This document shows, one piece after another, positions 9,300-19,100 of a stretch of 64,000 nt of DNA; position 1 is the first letter of the stretch; each line of letters begins with the position of its first letter. The translations under genes were made by a program, and so were the position numbers. Under the pieces are notes generated by a model. The model made no database searches. It was given only the letters and a program-made list of their open reading frames with translations, and was not told the origin of the DNA. Source of the stretch: Escherichia phage vB_EcoM_DE16; sequence record OP595145.1. The stretch is one strand, 5' to 3'.

Positions 9300-10298
9300 T
9301 CACCATTTAGTATGATTTGTTAAAAGTTGACGATGTTGAATCCAACCTTTGAAATTGCCAGACCAAAACTTACCATTACGATCTACATGGGTAATACCTG
9401 GTTCCCAAGAGTTAAAATCCCAAGGAGCATTGATAAACAAATCTTCAAAACAGTTCTCTCCGTATTGTTCGCATGTTTCTTGCATTGGGGTGGCTTGATG
9501 TTCAAACGGAGAAGCATGAACCTTGCGCCCAGTTAGCAAACGACCATAAATATCTAAAGCTTTATCTTTAGTTGCATTCAAACGACGATAGCTAACCTGT
9601 GCACAACACGAAGCTGAAATAGCTTTAGCTTCTTCCAAAGTAAGCACAACAACTTCTCCAGATTCATCTTGAACATAGTATCCACCAAAAACAAAATGAT
9701 CGTCACCTTCTGTGCCAATATTATCATAGAAATGGTCTACATAAGGTGTGTGCCATTGCCCTGGTTTAAGCACTTCTGGTGTAGATTCTTCATACTCTTT
9801 GTGCATCTCTTTAGCCAAAGCTTCGATAGTAGGATCGGCTTCTTTGTCATCACGTAGCCACCAGAAATTTTCATATTCTGTTGCTGTCAGAACTGTTTTA
9901 ATTCGTTGGAAAGGTTCCAGAAGACGGTTTGCAACTTGTTTGTGGTACCCTGCCAAAGAGAATTCTTCTGCAAAACGTGCTGCACTAAGCGCGGCAAGAT
10001 CCCACCACTCTTGAGCAGTATAACCTGCATCAATAAGAGCGTCATGATCAACACCTTTATCCTGCATACCAGGTTGGTTAGCCCCAAAACGATAAGGACG
10101 AGCAGGCTGATTTCGCACCATTTCGATCAGTGTTTTAACAGGTATAGCACGGCTAGAAGCAGCGTTACGACTGAATAGGCGGTGAGTCATCAGTTCTGAA
10201 TGAATAATACGTGGATATTCAAGTTCGAAAGTTACAATCTCTTTTCCGTCTTCAGTGATGGAATGCGCAATAATACTAGCCGAAATCTGTTTTGTCAT
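9300..10298 (-). CDS. flavin-dependent thymidylate synthase-like protein (ThyX family, atypical)
   Basis: THRLFSRNAASSR matches the ThyX RHR-x7-S-x-x-x-R signature except Thr for the first Arg; 332 aa is about 100 aa longer than canonical ThyX. Confidence 0.55.
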   Translation of the reverse strand: MTKQISASIIAHSITEDGKEIVTFELEYPRIIHSELMTHRLFSRNAASSRAIPVKTLIEMVRNQPARPYRFGANQPGMQDKGVDHDALIDAGYTAQEWWDLAALSAARFAEEFSLAGYHKQVANRLLEPFQRIKTVLTATEYENFWWLRDDKEADPTIEALAKEMHKEYEESTPEVLKPGQWHTPYVDHFYDNIGTEGDDHFVFGGYYVQDESGEVVVLTLEEAKAISASCCAQVSYRRLNATKDKALDIYGRLLTGRKVHASPFEHQATPMQETCEQYGENCFEDLFINAPWDFNSWEPGITHVDRNGKFWSGNFKGWIQHRQLLTNHTKW

Positions 10299-10307
10299 TT
10301 TTTCTCC

Positions 10308-10916
10308 TTAGTTTTTAAAATTGTTCAAAGTGTTAAAAACATCCAAACATGTTAGCCACTGATCTTCTAAACCTGTGATCACAACATTTGGTTTTTTCTT
10401 TAGTTCTTCTAGATGGTTATCTTTATAAGGCGTATTAAAATATATTTTAACCACTTCATCTGGAAAATATAGTAGGTTATCAGCCCTGTCATCTATTGCT
10501 ATATCACAAGGCAATAAATATTTTTCTTTCGTAGCAAAAAAGCCGTTACCAGATCCTTTGCTAAAATCAATCGTATCTAATGTTCTTAAAACATGCTTAT
10601 GTTTAGAACTTAAGTGACCACCTTTTGTCACACTTGCGATCAAAAGATTGCTACCTTTCCTTGAAACATACTTTAAGAAATCTGGCATACCTGGAACAAA
10701 ACCCATTGTATCATAGAGATGAGGATTATCCAGAAATCCGTAAGGATCTATATTGAACTCCTCCCTGAAACCAGGAAAGTAGTTGGTAAGATCATAGTCT
10801 GCATTTTTTGTGAATGTGTCTATCTTAACACCAAGTCCACTAATCTTATTCAACCATTCTAACCAAGCAACATCTAATGGAGCCACAACTAAATCCCAAT
10901 CACATACTATCTGCAT
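10308..10916 (-). CDS. HAD-superfamily 5'-nucleotidase-like protein
   Basis: N-terminal hhhhDxDxh-type block (IVCDWDLVV) at residues 3-11; location among nucleotide-metabolism genes. Confidence 0.4.
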   Translation of the reverse strand: MQIVCDWDLVVAPLDVAWLEWLNKISGLGVKIDTFTKNADYDLTNYFPGFREEFNIDPYGFLDNPHLYDTMGFVPGMPDFLKYVSRKGSNLLIASVTKGGHLSSKHKHVLRTLDTIDFSKGSGNGFFATKEKYLLPCDIAIDDRADNLLYFPDEVVKIYFNTPYKDNHLEELKKKPNVVITGLEDQWLTCLDVFNTLNNFKN

Positions 10917-10952
10917 AAAACCTCCTCTCTCTTTTAGTATAGTTATCTTATA

Positions 10953-11528
10953 CTAACTTTCAATTTCCTGCAATAGGATTTTGACTATTTGTTTGCGGCG
11001 TTTTGCTACTGTGCTTTCAGGTTCTATTTTACGCTTCTTCAACCAAGCTTTATCTTTCTTAGCTCTACACAAAGCTATCGCTTCTTTTTCAGCTTTTGCT
11101 TCTTCAAAAGATATGCCTTGCTTGTCTGCATAAGCAAGAATAGAGTTGCACAATTTACAAACCATGCGCAAATCTTCTTCTTTCACATAGATTAAACGGA
11201 AAACAAAAAGAGGAATATCATCAAAACATTGAAGTTGTTTTGCTGCGTGAATATGATCCACTTGGAAGTCTTTCATTCCTCCTCTATGTCCACATATTTC
11301 GCACTCACAATTCCAAACTTGTTTTGGTTTTCCAGTTTTCTTATCTATCATTACATTGCCGTCTTTATCTACACGATCAACTTTAAAACGCCTTGCATTG
11401 ATAACCTTAATTTTATTAGGGTGTCTCATCCATGCTTTTCTAAAGCATCCCCTAAGATAAGTATAAAATTCAGCTTGTGTTTTCCAGGGTGTTCCTTCAC
11501 CCCACATTATTTTTGGTTCACCTGCCAA
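10953..11528 (-). CDS. HNH endonuclease-like protein
   Basis: CECEICG ... VDHIHA ... CKLCNS zinc-ligand and catalytic His pattern of HNH nucleases. Confidence 0.5.
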   Translation of the reverse strand: MAGEPKIMWGEGTPWKTQAEFYTYLRGCFRKAWMRHPNKIKVINARRFKVDRVDKDGNVMIDKKTGKPKQVWNCECEICGHRGGMKDFQVDHIHAAKQLQCFDDIPLFVFRLIYVKEEDLRMVCKLCNSILAYADKQGISFEEAKAEKEAIALCRAKKDKAWLKKRKIEPESTVAKRRKQIVKILLQEIES

Positions 11529-11695
11529 TATTGCTCACCTTTTTAGCTGTATATTCCCCTGGTGGGATATTATGTTTAAAAAACAAAAGGCGGTCTAACC
11601 CCGCCTTGCACATTGTTTCTGGAATAGTCAAAGTTAGTAAAAGTTTATCACCTTTTCGGTTGAATATTTTATAAACTTCTCCTGCTCCATATTGT

Positions 11696-12097
11696 TTAGT
11701 ATTGCTCGCCACTAATACGTTCCTTAAGTTGTTTAATAGCTTCGATTGCATCTACATAAGAAGAGTTATACATGTGTTTCAGTGCCACTCGTATTAAAGG
11801 ATCTTTTGTGAAGAAATCAATAAGAAGCATAGCTTGATCATGTTTAGCTGCATTTGTCATAGATGGATAATTTTCACGAACCATATACGTGTTATTTTGC
11901 ATAAGGGTTCTTTCTAGTTCAATACAATGGATAGCTTTATCTAGGTTAATCTGACGTTCACCTTTAATACGTGTTGCGTATTTTGCCAATTTGCAAAAAC
12001 AAGGTGTGCCACCAACCAAATAAGCTAGTTCAATAGGTTGCATTGCCATTTTTGTGTAGTGATCACCGTCAACCTGATTATCAAAAGCATTAGACAT
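11696..12097 (-). CDS. hypothetical protein (GDHY motif, DUF3310-like)
   Basis: N-terminal VDGDHY...QPIE resembles a conserved phage domain of unknown function; family name recalled from memory. Confidence 0.35.
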   Translation of the reverse strand: MSNAFDNQVDGDHYTKMAMQPIELAYLVGGTPCFCKLAKYATRIKGERQINLDKAIHCIELERTLMQNNTYMVRENYPSMTNAAKHDQAMLLIDFFTKDPLIRVALKHMYNSSYVDAIEAIKQLKERISGEQY

Positions 12098-12353
12098 AAT
12101 TTTCCTCCTGAATTCCTACTGCACCTTCTTCTGGGTAGTCTGCATAATAAGCTACCCTACCTTGATAGATAATATCACCATCGTCATTGTAGATCGCTGT
12201 ATCTTCTTGAATTGTTATTTCAACATCAAGCAAATCTGGGTCTTTCTCGATAGTATAGTTCAAACCTAACATTTCAAACAGTTCGAAAATTTCGTTACCT
12301 GTTAATGTAATGCTCATATTTCCTCCTTTTATTGTGGTTAGCAGAGTATACAC
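12090..12353 (-). CDS. hypothetical protein (87 aa, acidic)
   Basis: ORF only. Confidence 0.45.
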   Translation of the reverse strand: MYTLLTTIKGGNMSITLTGNEIFELFEMLGLNYTIEKDPDLLDVEITIQEDTAIYNDDGDIIYQGRVAYYADYPEEGAVGIQEENYV

Positions 12354-12403
12354 TAATATAAAATTTTTGTCAATAAAAAAGGGAGCAATAAGCTCCCTGA
12401 TTA

Positions 12404-13363
12404 TTAGATTCCAATGATAGTTGCTGCTCGTTTATCCTTGGATCTGGTGTTTGCTCTACTACGTGACAAACCTCCGCAAGATTCACAACGAATAATATCG
12501 AAAGAACTTACCGCAGTGTGGTATTGTTTACCAGTAACAACGTGAACGTGATCACTGCCACAACGAGAACAACGGACCTTCTCATCTGGGTAATAAGCGG
12601 ATAAGTTAGGATGCTGTGGAATCCACGGAAGGATTTTCATATACAAATCACGGAGTGAAACAACATCGCCATCATTGTAAATCTGCATACGTTCAAAAGC
12701 ATCACGATCACCTTCACAACATGCTTTCCATAAAGGGAACCCCTCGTTATCCAGTTTTTCACTTTCTGTTTCGAAATATGCTCCCATTTCTTTAAGGGAG
12801 TTGGAAGGAAGTGCAAATTGTTTCTTAGCTGCCTTCAATGTATCAACAACTACATAATTAGAAGGAGGAGCCATATCGTGATATGCAAATCGTTGGTTAA
12901 TGTATGCACGGTCAAACTTATACCCGTTGTGTGCCACAACTACATCTGCCTCATTCAGAAGGTTCCAAAGATCTTGGCAAAGCTCCCAATCATCTGTATG
13001 ATCAATATCAAAAAGAGGATAAGAAGACAAATTCTTACCTTCCACTTCACCAGTATACAGATCAGCAGAAGAATAAGATAACAAATAACCTCTGCGAATT
13101 ACCTGGTCTGGAGAAATGAAGGCTTTGAATCGACGGAAAGTATATGCAATCTCTGGTGCAGTTTCAACATCAATAATTTTAATAACTGGTTGTTTCTTTT
13201 TAACTGATTCTTGTTTACTTCCACTGAAACGTGCAAGGAAATCATTCACTGTGCTTTTTCTTGTTGGGCTACCTAAAACAATTGCTGCAATATTGCGAGA
13301 AGACATACCCTCTGCACTCATACTAAGGATATCTGCTTTCTGCTCTTCTGTTAATCTGCTCAC
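12404..13363 (-). CDS. DEDD-type 3'-5' exonuclease with N-terminal HTH and C-terminal zinc ribbon
   Basis: IIDVETAPE (Exo I), HNGYKFDRAYI (Exo II), YNDGDVVSLRDLY (Exo III-like); two C-terminal CxxC pairs. Confidence 0.5.
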   Translation of the reverse strand: MSRLTEEQKADILSMSAEGMSSRNIAAIVLGSPTRKSTVNDFLARFSGSKQESVKKKQPVIKIIDVETAPEIAYTFRRFKAFISPDQVIRRGYLLSYSSADLYTGEVEGKNLSSYPLFDIDHTDDWELCQDLWNLLNEADVVVAHNGYKFDRAYINQRFAYHDMAPPSNYVVVDTLKAAKKQFALPSNSLKEMGAYFETESEKLDNEGFPLWKACCEGDRDAFERMQIYNDGDVVSLRDLYMKILPWIPQHPNLSAYYPDEKVRCSRCGSDHVHVVTGKQYHTAVSSFDIIRCESCGGLSRSRANTRSKDKRAATIIGI

Positions 13364-14478
13364 TCTGCCTCCTGTTGTGAGATGTATGACTGAAGCATAC
13401 TCTCAAATGTTGTATCGTCATTATCCCAGCGTTTCATGTATACCAACTGGAAAATTGTTTCTATCCATTCATCTGTTGTCATATGGACTTCTTCTCCATC
13501 CCAAGAAGTAAAATTAACACCATCTGGGAACCACGAGTAGTAAGTATCTTTAACTGTTTGGAAAAGCTCTGCTTGAGTTTTACAAGCTGAAAGAAGATTA
13601 AAACAAGTAATATCTCCAAACTTAATATCAAAATCTTGATAGGGTCGGATACTATCTGTTTTATCTCCCATTAGCATCTGATATGCTAACCAGTAACTGC
13701 CCCAACCTTTAACTTCTTTCTTTTTACCTTTATCTACGATCCATATATCGCCAATAGATTCATCAATAAGAATTATATCTGGATTTTTAAAGACTCCATC
13801 TTCTTTGTAGAAATTAAAAAGAATACTAGGAGTATGTAAACTATCTTTATCTATAGATACCACGATATAAGAAAATTTACCCGTCCTTTTATAATCTTTA
13901 TAACCTTGGAAACCATATTTCTCTAACTCATCATCAGCTTCTATTACAGTAACAACATCACCATTGTGGAACTCCACAAGATAATCTTTGGTTTCTGAAA
14001 GCTGAAGTGGTTTGATATCTAATCGTTCAGATTTATATTCTACAGGCATTTTGAAGGCGTGTCTGAAAGTTTTTCCTACGCCAATAACTCCGCAATATTT
14101 TTCTAAACGTAGATGTTTTAGAATACCTAAGACTTTTGTTTTAGCTGCTTGGAAGGTGTGTCCGATATCTTCTGGCGGGTATTGCTTATCAATGATTTCG
14201 AACTCTTCCTTTGTGAAGGGACGTTTGTTTTTGGAGGCTCTTTCTGCATTTGTATCTCCTAGCCAACCTCCAATTTTAGTCTTGCTTTTACCCCAAAACT
14301 CTGTCTTATTTTTAAATTCCTTTTGAGCACCTGAAGGGATGTGCTTCGCAATGATTGTTCTTTTCTCTAATGCAGACGCTGCTTGGAAAGCAATCTGATC
14401 ATAATCAATTGCAGCTATTGTTTCTTCGTTGACATATAAATGAAGATCTTCAGGTTTAATTAAAATATAACCGCTAAT
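13360..14478 (-). CDS. RNase H/FEN-family 5'-3' exonuclease; true start uncertain, no ATG/GTG/TTG in first 147 codons
   Basis: EADD, S-x-DKD and GDKTDS (H3TH-like) motifs after Met at 14049; upstream in-frame 147 codons have no stop and carry the IAAIDYDQIA block resembling the T4 RNase H N-terminus; ATT at 14478 follows AGGGGGA. Confidence 0.55.
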   Translation of the reverse strand: MSGYILIKPEDLHLYVNEETIAAIDYDQIAFQAASALEKRTIIAKHIPSGAQKEFKNKTEFWGKSKTKIGGWLGDTNAERASKNKRPFTKEEFEIIDKQYPPEDIGHTFQAAKTKVLGILKHLRLEKYCGVIGVGKTFRHAFKMPVEYKSERLDIKPLQLSETKDYLVEFHNGDVVTVIEADDELEKYGFQGYKDYKRTGKFSYIVVSIDKDSLHTPSILFNFYKEDGVFKNPDIILIDESIGDIWIVDKGKKKEVKGWGSYWLAYQMLMGDKTDSIRPYQDFDIKFGDITCFNLLSACKTQAELFQTVKDTYYSWFPDGVNFTSWDGEEVHMTTDEWIETIFQLVYMKRWDNDDTTFESMLQSYISQQEAE

Positions 14479-14490
14479 ATTTCCCCCTAA

Positions 14491-14700
14491 TTATTCATCG
14501 TCATCCTCTGTTGAGAATGTTTTAGTATACGGACATTGACGACTTTTCGGGATTGCTATAACTTCATCTTGGTTAGCGTTAGAATAGTAGCAATATTTTG
14601 TGTTGCCATTAACTTCAGAATCAGACAAGATTAAAGTAATTTGACCTGCTGCTACTGTGAAACTAAAAGCTAAAAGAACGACTGTCAGAATCTTTTTCAT
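14491..14700 (-). CDS. small secreted protein (signal peptide, 69 aa)
   Basis: N-terminal MKKILTVVLLAFSFTVAAG signal-like hydrophobic segment; acidic C-terminus. Confidence 0.5.
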   Translation of the reverse strand: MKKILTVVLLAFSFTVAAGQITLILSDSEVNGNTKYCYYSNANQDEVIAIPKSRQCPYTKTFSTEDDDE

Positions 14701-14772
14701 AACGCCTCCTAAAAAGCCTACCTCATTAAGTAGGTAGGCATAATATCATAACTAATCCCGCAAGTCAAGAAC

Positions 14773-15651
14773 TTATTTAAGGATTGTTGCTTTGGTTAAA
14801 TCTTCCATCAGACCTCGAATCTCATTGAAGCACAGAAGGACTGAAGCTTCAATACTACCTTCTTCGTCTGCAAAATATTTCGGAAAACGTAGTTTAGAAA
14901 GTTTAAACTCTTTATCCACTACAAAATCTACAACACCGTCATATTCAAGACCGATTGCAACCACATCTTTACCATCTTCTTTTAGTTCGACAGCTTTAGA
15001 CTCGTATAGGGATTCTTTACTCCAAACAACAACGCCCTCGCTATCCTCCATTTTGATATAATTTCCGAGAGTAATACGATCTGCTTCGTGATTCTCCAGC
15101 AATTCACCAAAACCTTTTACAATAGCTTCTTCGTGCACACTAAAACCTACCGAAGGGAAAGTCCCCAGAACGGAACGGAGGAAAGAAGTAATCTCTTCTG
15201 CAACCTTTTTACTTCCATTAAGAACATAAAGAAGATTCGTAGTTTTATCCAAGACAACATAGTTAAAGAAATCTTCAGGTTCTGTTTCAGGCAATAGTGC
15301 AAATTCAATATCTTCCTTCATTGCTTTGACTACTTCTTTATCGACATAAAACTCTTTACCTTCGCTCTCCATATCCTGACGCATTTCTTCTAGACGTTCA
15401 TTCAGAATGCGTTTAACTTTCTTTTTATCTACCTTCTTCACAGATTGACCTACATTAAGCAGTTCAAGATCTGAAAACTCTTTTACAAATTTAGAATCAT
15501 CTTCGAAACGAACAAGACCGATAGTATGTGACTGGGAGCCTTCTGCTGTTACAAATTCCAGAGGAATATCTGTAATGCTGTTAAGGGATGCTACAGAAGC
15601 ATTGTCACCAACAACCATAGGCAGAGCGGATTTAAAAGATTTTACAAACAT
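14773..15651 (-). CDS. hypothetical protein (292 aa, acidic)
   Basis: ORF only. Confidence 0.5.
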   Translation of the reverse strand: MFVKSFKSALPMVVGDNASVASLNSITDIPLEFVTAEGSQSHTIGLVRFEDDSKFVKEFSDLELLNVGQSVKKVDKKKVKRILNERLEEMRQDMESEGKEFYVDKEVVKAMKEDIEFALLPETEPEDFFNYVVLDKTTNLLYVLNGSKKVAEEITSFLRSVLGTFPSVGFSVHEEAIVKGFGELLENHEADRITLGNYIKMEDSEGVVVWSKESLYESKAVELKEDGKDVVAIGLEYDGVVDFVVDKEFKLSKLRFPKYFADEEGSIEASVLLCFNEIRGLMEDLTKATILK

Positions 15652-15682
15652 GTTTCCTCCTATTTAATACATCTCACATTAC

Positions 15683-15699
15683 CGCCCGTAAAGGGCGGC
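15683..15699 (-). terminator. GC stem-loop (CCGCCC/GGGCGG) between genes; weak terminator candidate
   Basis: 6-bp GC stem; no clear U tract. Confidence 0.3.
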
Positions 15700-15707
15700 T
15701 TACTACA

Positions 15708-16433
15708 TTACTTATTAATAATACCTGCAATATTAGGTTTGACAAAGGTCGATGGTTTCATGATCTTACCTTTATCATCAAAGAACACATACACTTTCTG
15801 TTTTTCATTATAAACAGCATGAACACCAGTGTATGCCCCTTCTGGACGATTGGCATTTCGTTCTTCAATTGCAGCGCATTCTTGTGCAATGGCTGAATCG
15901 ATATCTGAAGTTTTCCAAGTTTTCAGCAACTGTTGTTTAGTTGGATACTTGGAATCATTACTTTTCAATACCTCTTTAATAACTTTCTTTTCTGGATATT
16001 TTGAACGGATTAGAGTGTCACGAGACATACGCATAATACCCGCAGCCATTAGCGCCATTTGAACTGGCTCTGTAAATGTTTGTTCCAAAGCATCGAAATC
16101 GGTATACACAGTTGGAGTAAAAACATCGCCTACAGCATAGTCCAAGAAATTCATCGTATGTTCTTCACCAAAGAACATGTAAGTCAGATAACTGGATACT
16201 ACAAAAATATCCGCTGCTGCATCCAAGAGTTCTACATGATCGTTTACTTTCGCGGCTGTTTCATACTCTTTAAGCTCTTCACGAACGAACCCGATTTGAG
16301 ACATAAATAGCTCTTGAGTGAATTCAGGTTGTTCACCACCTCGTGCTTTGGCATTCCAATCAATCACGTGCTTCGCGGCATTTTTGAAAAATTCAGTATC
16401 GAACTTAATATCTTTAAAAAAATTCTCGATCAT
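15708..16433 (-). CDS. MazG-like nucleoside triphosphate pyrophosphohydrolase (all-alpha NTP-PPase)
   Basis: EELKEYE...ELLDAAADIF acidic-helix pattern typical of MazG/dimeric dUTPase fold. Confidence 0.45.
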   Translation of the reverse strand: MIENFFKDIKFDTEFFKNAAKHVIDWNAKARGGEQPEFTQELFMSQIGFVREELKEYETAAKVNDHVELLDAAADIFVVSSYLTYMFFGEEHTMNFLDYAVGDVFTPTVYTDFDALEQTFTEPVQMALMAAGIMRMSRDTLIRSKYPEKKVIKEVLKSNDSKYPTKQQLLKTWKTSDIDSAIAQECAAIEERNANRPEGAYTGVHAVYNEKQKVYVFFDDKGKIMKPSTFVKPNIAGIINK

Positions 16434-16442
16434 TATAACTCC

Positions 16443-16624
16443 TTATTTAAAATAGCTTTCTAGAAAGTTGCTAATATTTACTACAGTCTCACCCATGTAA
16501 ATTCCTGCGAAACCGAAAACAAGCATACGTGGAATATTGAAATACCATTTATCCGCCGGAAAAGATGCCAGAATTACAATAGCAATTGCTATCAACATCA
16601 TAAGAATTGTTGCTAAAATTATCA
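16443..16624 (-). CDS. small membrane protein (60 aa)
   Basis: two hydrophobic helices; start placed at internal ATG with GGAGG RBS. Confidence 0.4.
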
Positions 16625-16816
16625 TAAAAATGCCTCCAGGTATTTTGCACAATGATATGCTAAGAAACAAGAAACTACCGCATACCCAACTCCAGACATA
16701 CATGAATCAATCGCAACACATACGGTTCTTTTCTTTGAATTCTTAGGAAAGCTTTCCGAAGCATTCATACAATAAAAAGAAAGCACACTGAAAACGATTA
16801 AAATGGCTAAGAACAT
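16622..16816 (-). CDS. small membrane protein (64 aa)
   Basis: AAGGAGG RBS before ATG 16816; hydrophobic N-terminus. Confidence 0.4.
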   Translation of the reverse strand: MFLAILIVFSVLSFYCMNASESFPKNSKKRTVCVAIDSCMSGVGYAVVSCFLAYHCAKYLEAFL

Positions 16817-16825
16817 TTTTCCTCC

Positions 16826-17953
16826 TTATTCTGCTGGTTCCCAAGTGCCTGGGATCATTTCTCGAATACGAACACCAACAGGTTTTGTTGGAATACCTTC
16901 ATCTGAAAATTCTTCATACTCTATTTCAACGAACTGATTAATCAAGGTAGAAGCATTCTCTGCTTTACGATAATTGATAGTCTCATGAGCATCTTTACGC
17001 ATTAAGAATTCAACTACTTTACCATTTTCCATCTCACCTGTCAACACTCCATCGCCATTTTTATCACTTTTTGAATTTATTACTTTAACTTCAAGCGTAT
17101 GACGAGGCTTACGTTTAATAACATCATAAGAACGTTTATCAAATTCGTAAACTCCGTGAGCATTACGATATACTACACCTTCAGCTTTCTCAAGTAAAGC
17201 TTTTTCATAGAAAGCATCAAACTGTTCTTGGTTTTCGATATACTCTGTATGAACTACACAAATAAGCTCATCAAGACCATAATCCTCCACTACTGCCTTA
17301 AGAGCAGTAAGAACATCAACACGTTTTTCAAACGGTAGATCTGGAACTGGAATATCGTATACGTAATAATTCAGCAAAGGTGTATTTGCATTATGCTTCT
17401 TCCAGGCACTGTTAATTTGTTGCAGACTAAGGACACCTAACCCAGCAAACACTTCACCATCAAGAGGATGACCAACAACTTCACTAATAAAGTTTGGAAT
17501 ACCTTTCCAATGAGGTGGCAGGTTATACACTTCCCCAGCTTTTGATAAGCACTCCCCTTTCATGTTAATCATAGAACGTAACCCGTTCAGTTTGTATTGT
17601 GCATAACCAGGGAACACAACCCTTTCAGGATAATCTTTATAATCCTGGCATTTCATTGGTGTGGAAGGAACATGGTTTTCAGCTTCTTCTTTTGTTTTAT
17701 AATAGCCATTCTTTAACTGTTTTGTCCATTTGGCAAAAGCTTCAAGTTCAGCTTGTTCTTCCGGTGTTGTTTCATTGGAACGACCAATGTTTTTTGCTTC
17801 TGCTGTATAAGATTTTTCTGTGATTTTTCCACCTACCCTTCCATGAGCTACAGTAACAACTGCACCATCTGTATACACTGTCCACTGTTTAAGTTTTCCT
17901 TTTGAATCTTTACCATACAGCGTTTGATTTGTTTGTTGCATTAGTCCTCCCAT
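16826..17953 (-). CDS. ATP-dependent DNA ligase
   Basis: 375 aa; KLNGLR nucleotidyltransferase motif I region and OB-fold-like C-terminus. Confidence 0.7.
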   Translation of the reverse strand: MGGLMQQTNQTLYGKDSKGKLKQWTVYTDGAVVTVAHGRVGGKITEKSYTAEAKNIGRSNETTPEEQAELEAFAKWTKQLKNGYYKTKEEAENHVPSTPMKCQDYKDYPERVVFPGYAQYKLNGLRSMINMKGECLSKAGEVYNLPPHWKGIPNFISEVVGHPLDGEVFAGLGVLSLQQINSAWKKHNANTPLLNYYVYDIPVPDLPFEKRVDVLTALKAVVEDYGLDELICVVHTEYIENQEQFDAFYEKALLEKAEGVVYRNAHGVYEFDKRSYDVIKRKPRHTLEVKVINSKSDKNGDGVLTGEMENGKVVEFLMRKDAHETINYRKAENASTLINQFVEIEYEEFSDEGIPTKPVGVRIREMIPGTWEPAE

Positions 17954-18162
17954 TTAAAAACTGAAATTTTCAATCTGTTACACACTTCATCCAAATCTGC
18001 GTCGAGTAACGTTGTAGATGTTGCCAACATATAATCAATGCTTGTGAAACCTTGCCCTTTGGCATAGTCAAGCATATCTTCATACATATCTTCAAGATCA
18101 CCGTCATCAAAAGTAGCTAGAAAATCCTCGTCCCCACTACGAACATAAAATGCAGTACTCAT
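17941..18162 (-). CDS. hypothetical protein (73 aa, acidic)
   Basis: ORF only. Confidence 0.45.
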   Translation of the reverse strand: MSTAFYVRSGDEDFLATFDDGDLEDMYEDMLDYAKGQGFTSIDYMLATSTTLLDADLDEVCNRLKISVFKWED

Positions 18163-18350
18163 TCTTCTTCATCCCAAGATTCAAAAGCACAACAATCATC
18201 GGTTTCTATAATACCAACACGTCCGCAGGTATTGCAAGTGATTTTATCCCCGTAGAATAAATAATTTTTATCACCCTCTGTGTTTACAGTTATGTCATTA
18301 CTACCACAAGGGCAAGTCAGCCAACCAACAACAACGATATCTTTTTTCAT
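18159..18350 (-). CDS. zinc-ribbon protein (63 aa)
   Basis: CPCG ... CNTCG cysteine pairs. Confidence 0.45.
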   Translation of the reverse strand: MKKDIVVVGWLTCPCGSNDITVNTEGDKNYLFYGDKITCNTCGRVGIIETDDCCAFESWDEEE

Positions 18351-18359
18351 AATCCCTCC

Positions 18360-18686
18360 TTAAGCGTTCAGTTCGTTGTTGAGTTCGTAAATCTCTTCTT
18401 GAAGAGCATCAATCTCTTCCTCCAAACGGGAGATCTCTTCTTTTAGATATACCATTTCGGATTCTTTCTCTTCTAATTCATTTTCAAATTTTACTTTATT
18501 AGCCTCATTTTCATAATGCAGTTCAGCGTAATCATCACGCATTTGTTCAATAAGATGAATCAGAGACAAGATATAATTATCTCCCGTTTCATCACGCCAC
18601 TCTTCACCGTGACGGAGAACGGTAATTCGTCCAGTATCTTCATCTAAAATTGTCTCATATTTACGATCATCTGTATAAATCTGCAT
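18360..18686 (-). CDS. coiled-coil protein (108 aa)
   Basis: heptad-rich EEIxRLEEEIDALQEEIYEL C-terminus. Confidence 0.45.
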   Translation of the reverse strand: MQIYTDDRKYETILDEDTGRITVLRHGEEWRDETGDNYILSLIHLIEQMRDDYAELHYENEANKVKFENELEEKESEMVYLKEEISRLEEEIDALQEEIYELNNELNA

Positions 18687-18695
18687 TATTTCTCC

Positions 18696-19100
18696 TTATT
18701 GAAGTTTAAGTGAACCACGAAGACGTTTCTCTTGCTGATCACGGATATATTGTGGAACCTCGTGAATTGAATCATTACCGTGCCTATTTTCAACAACTAA
18801 AGAGATAACTTGATAACCAAACTCTTCAGCAAGAGCTAGATAAGGTTTAAGTTCTTTCTCTGTGGTTGAAGTATTAGAAACAATAATCTTGTTAAGATTA
18901 GATGCCATAGCATCACGAACAATACCCTGACACCATGCGTGTGCTTTACCTACATTTTCTGGCTTCCAGTCGTAAACACCACTTTCTGTGTAATGATATT
19001 GATCTGCCTCACAGATAGGCCAATAACCTTCAGAAATAATTTCTGCTACCGTAGATTTACCAGCACCTGAAACGCCACGTAAAATGATAAGTTGTTTCAT
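18696..19100 (-). CDS. P-loop kinase (polynucleotide/nucleotide kinase-like)
   Basis: Walker A GVSGAGKST at N-terminus; 134 aa. Confidence 0.55.
   Translation of the reverse strand: MKQLIILRGVSGAGKSTVAEIISEGYWPICEADQYHYTESGVYDWKPENVGKAHAWCQGIVRDAMASNLNKIIVSNTSTTEKELKPYLALAEEFGYQVISLVVENRHGNDSIHEVPQYIRDQQEKRLRGSLKLQ

Noticed and set aside
9300-10298. Possible circular permutation of the ThyX-like protein (SPFEH near the C-terminus resembling the TPFEH motif that is N-terminal in canonical ThyX)
   Set aside because: It rests on a single 5-residue match recalled from memory; a real alignment is needed before claiming permutation.
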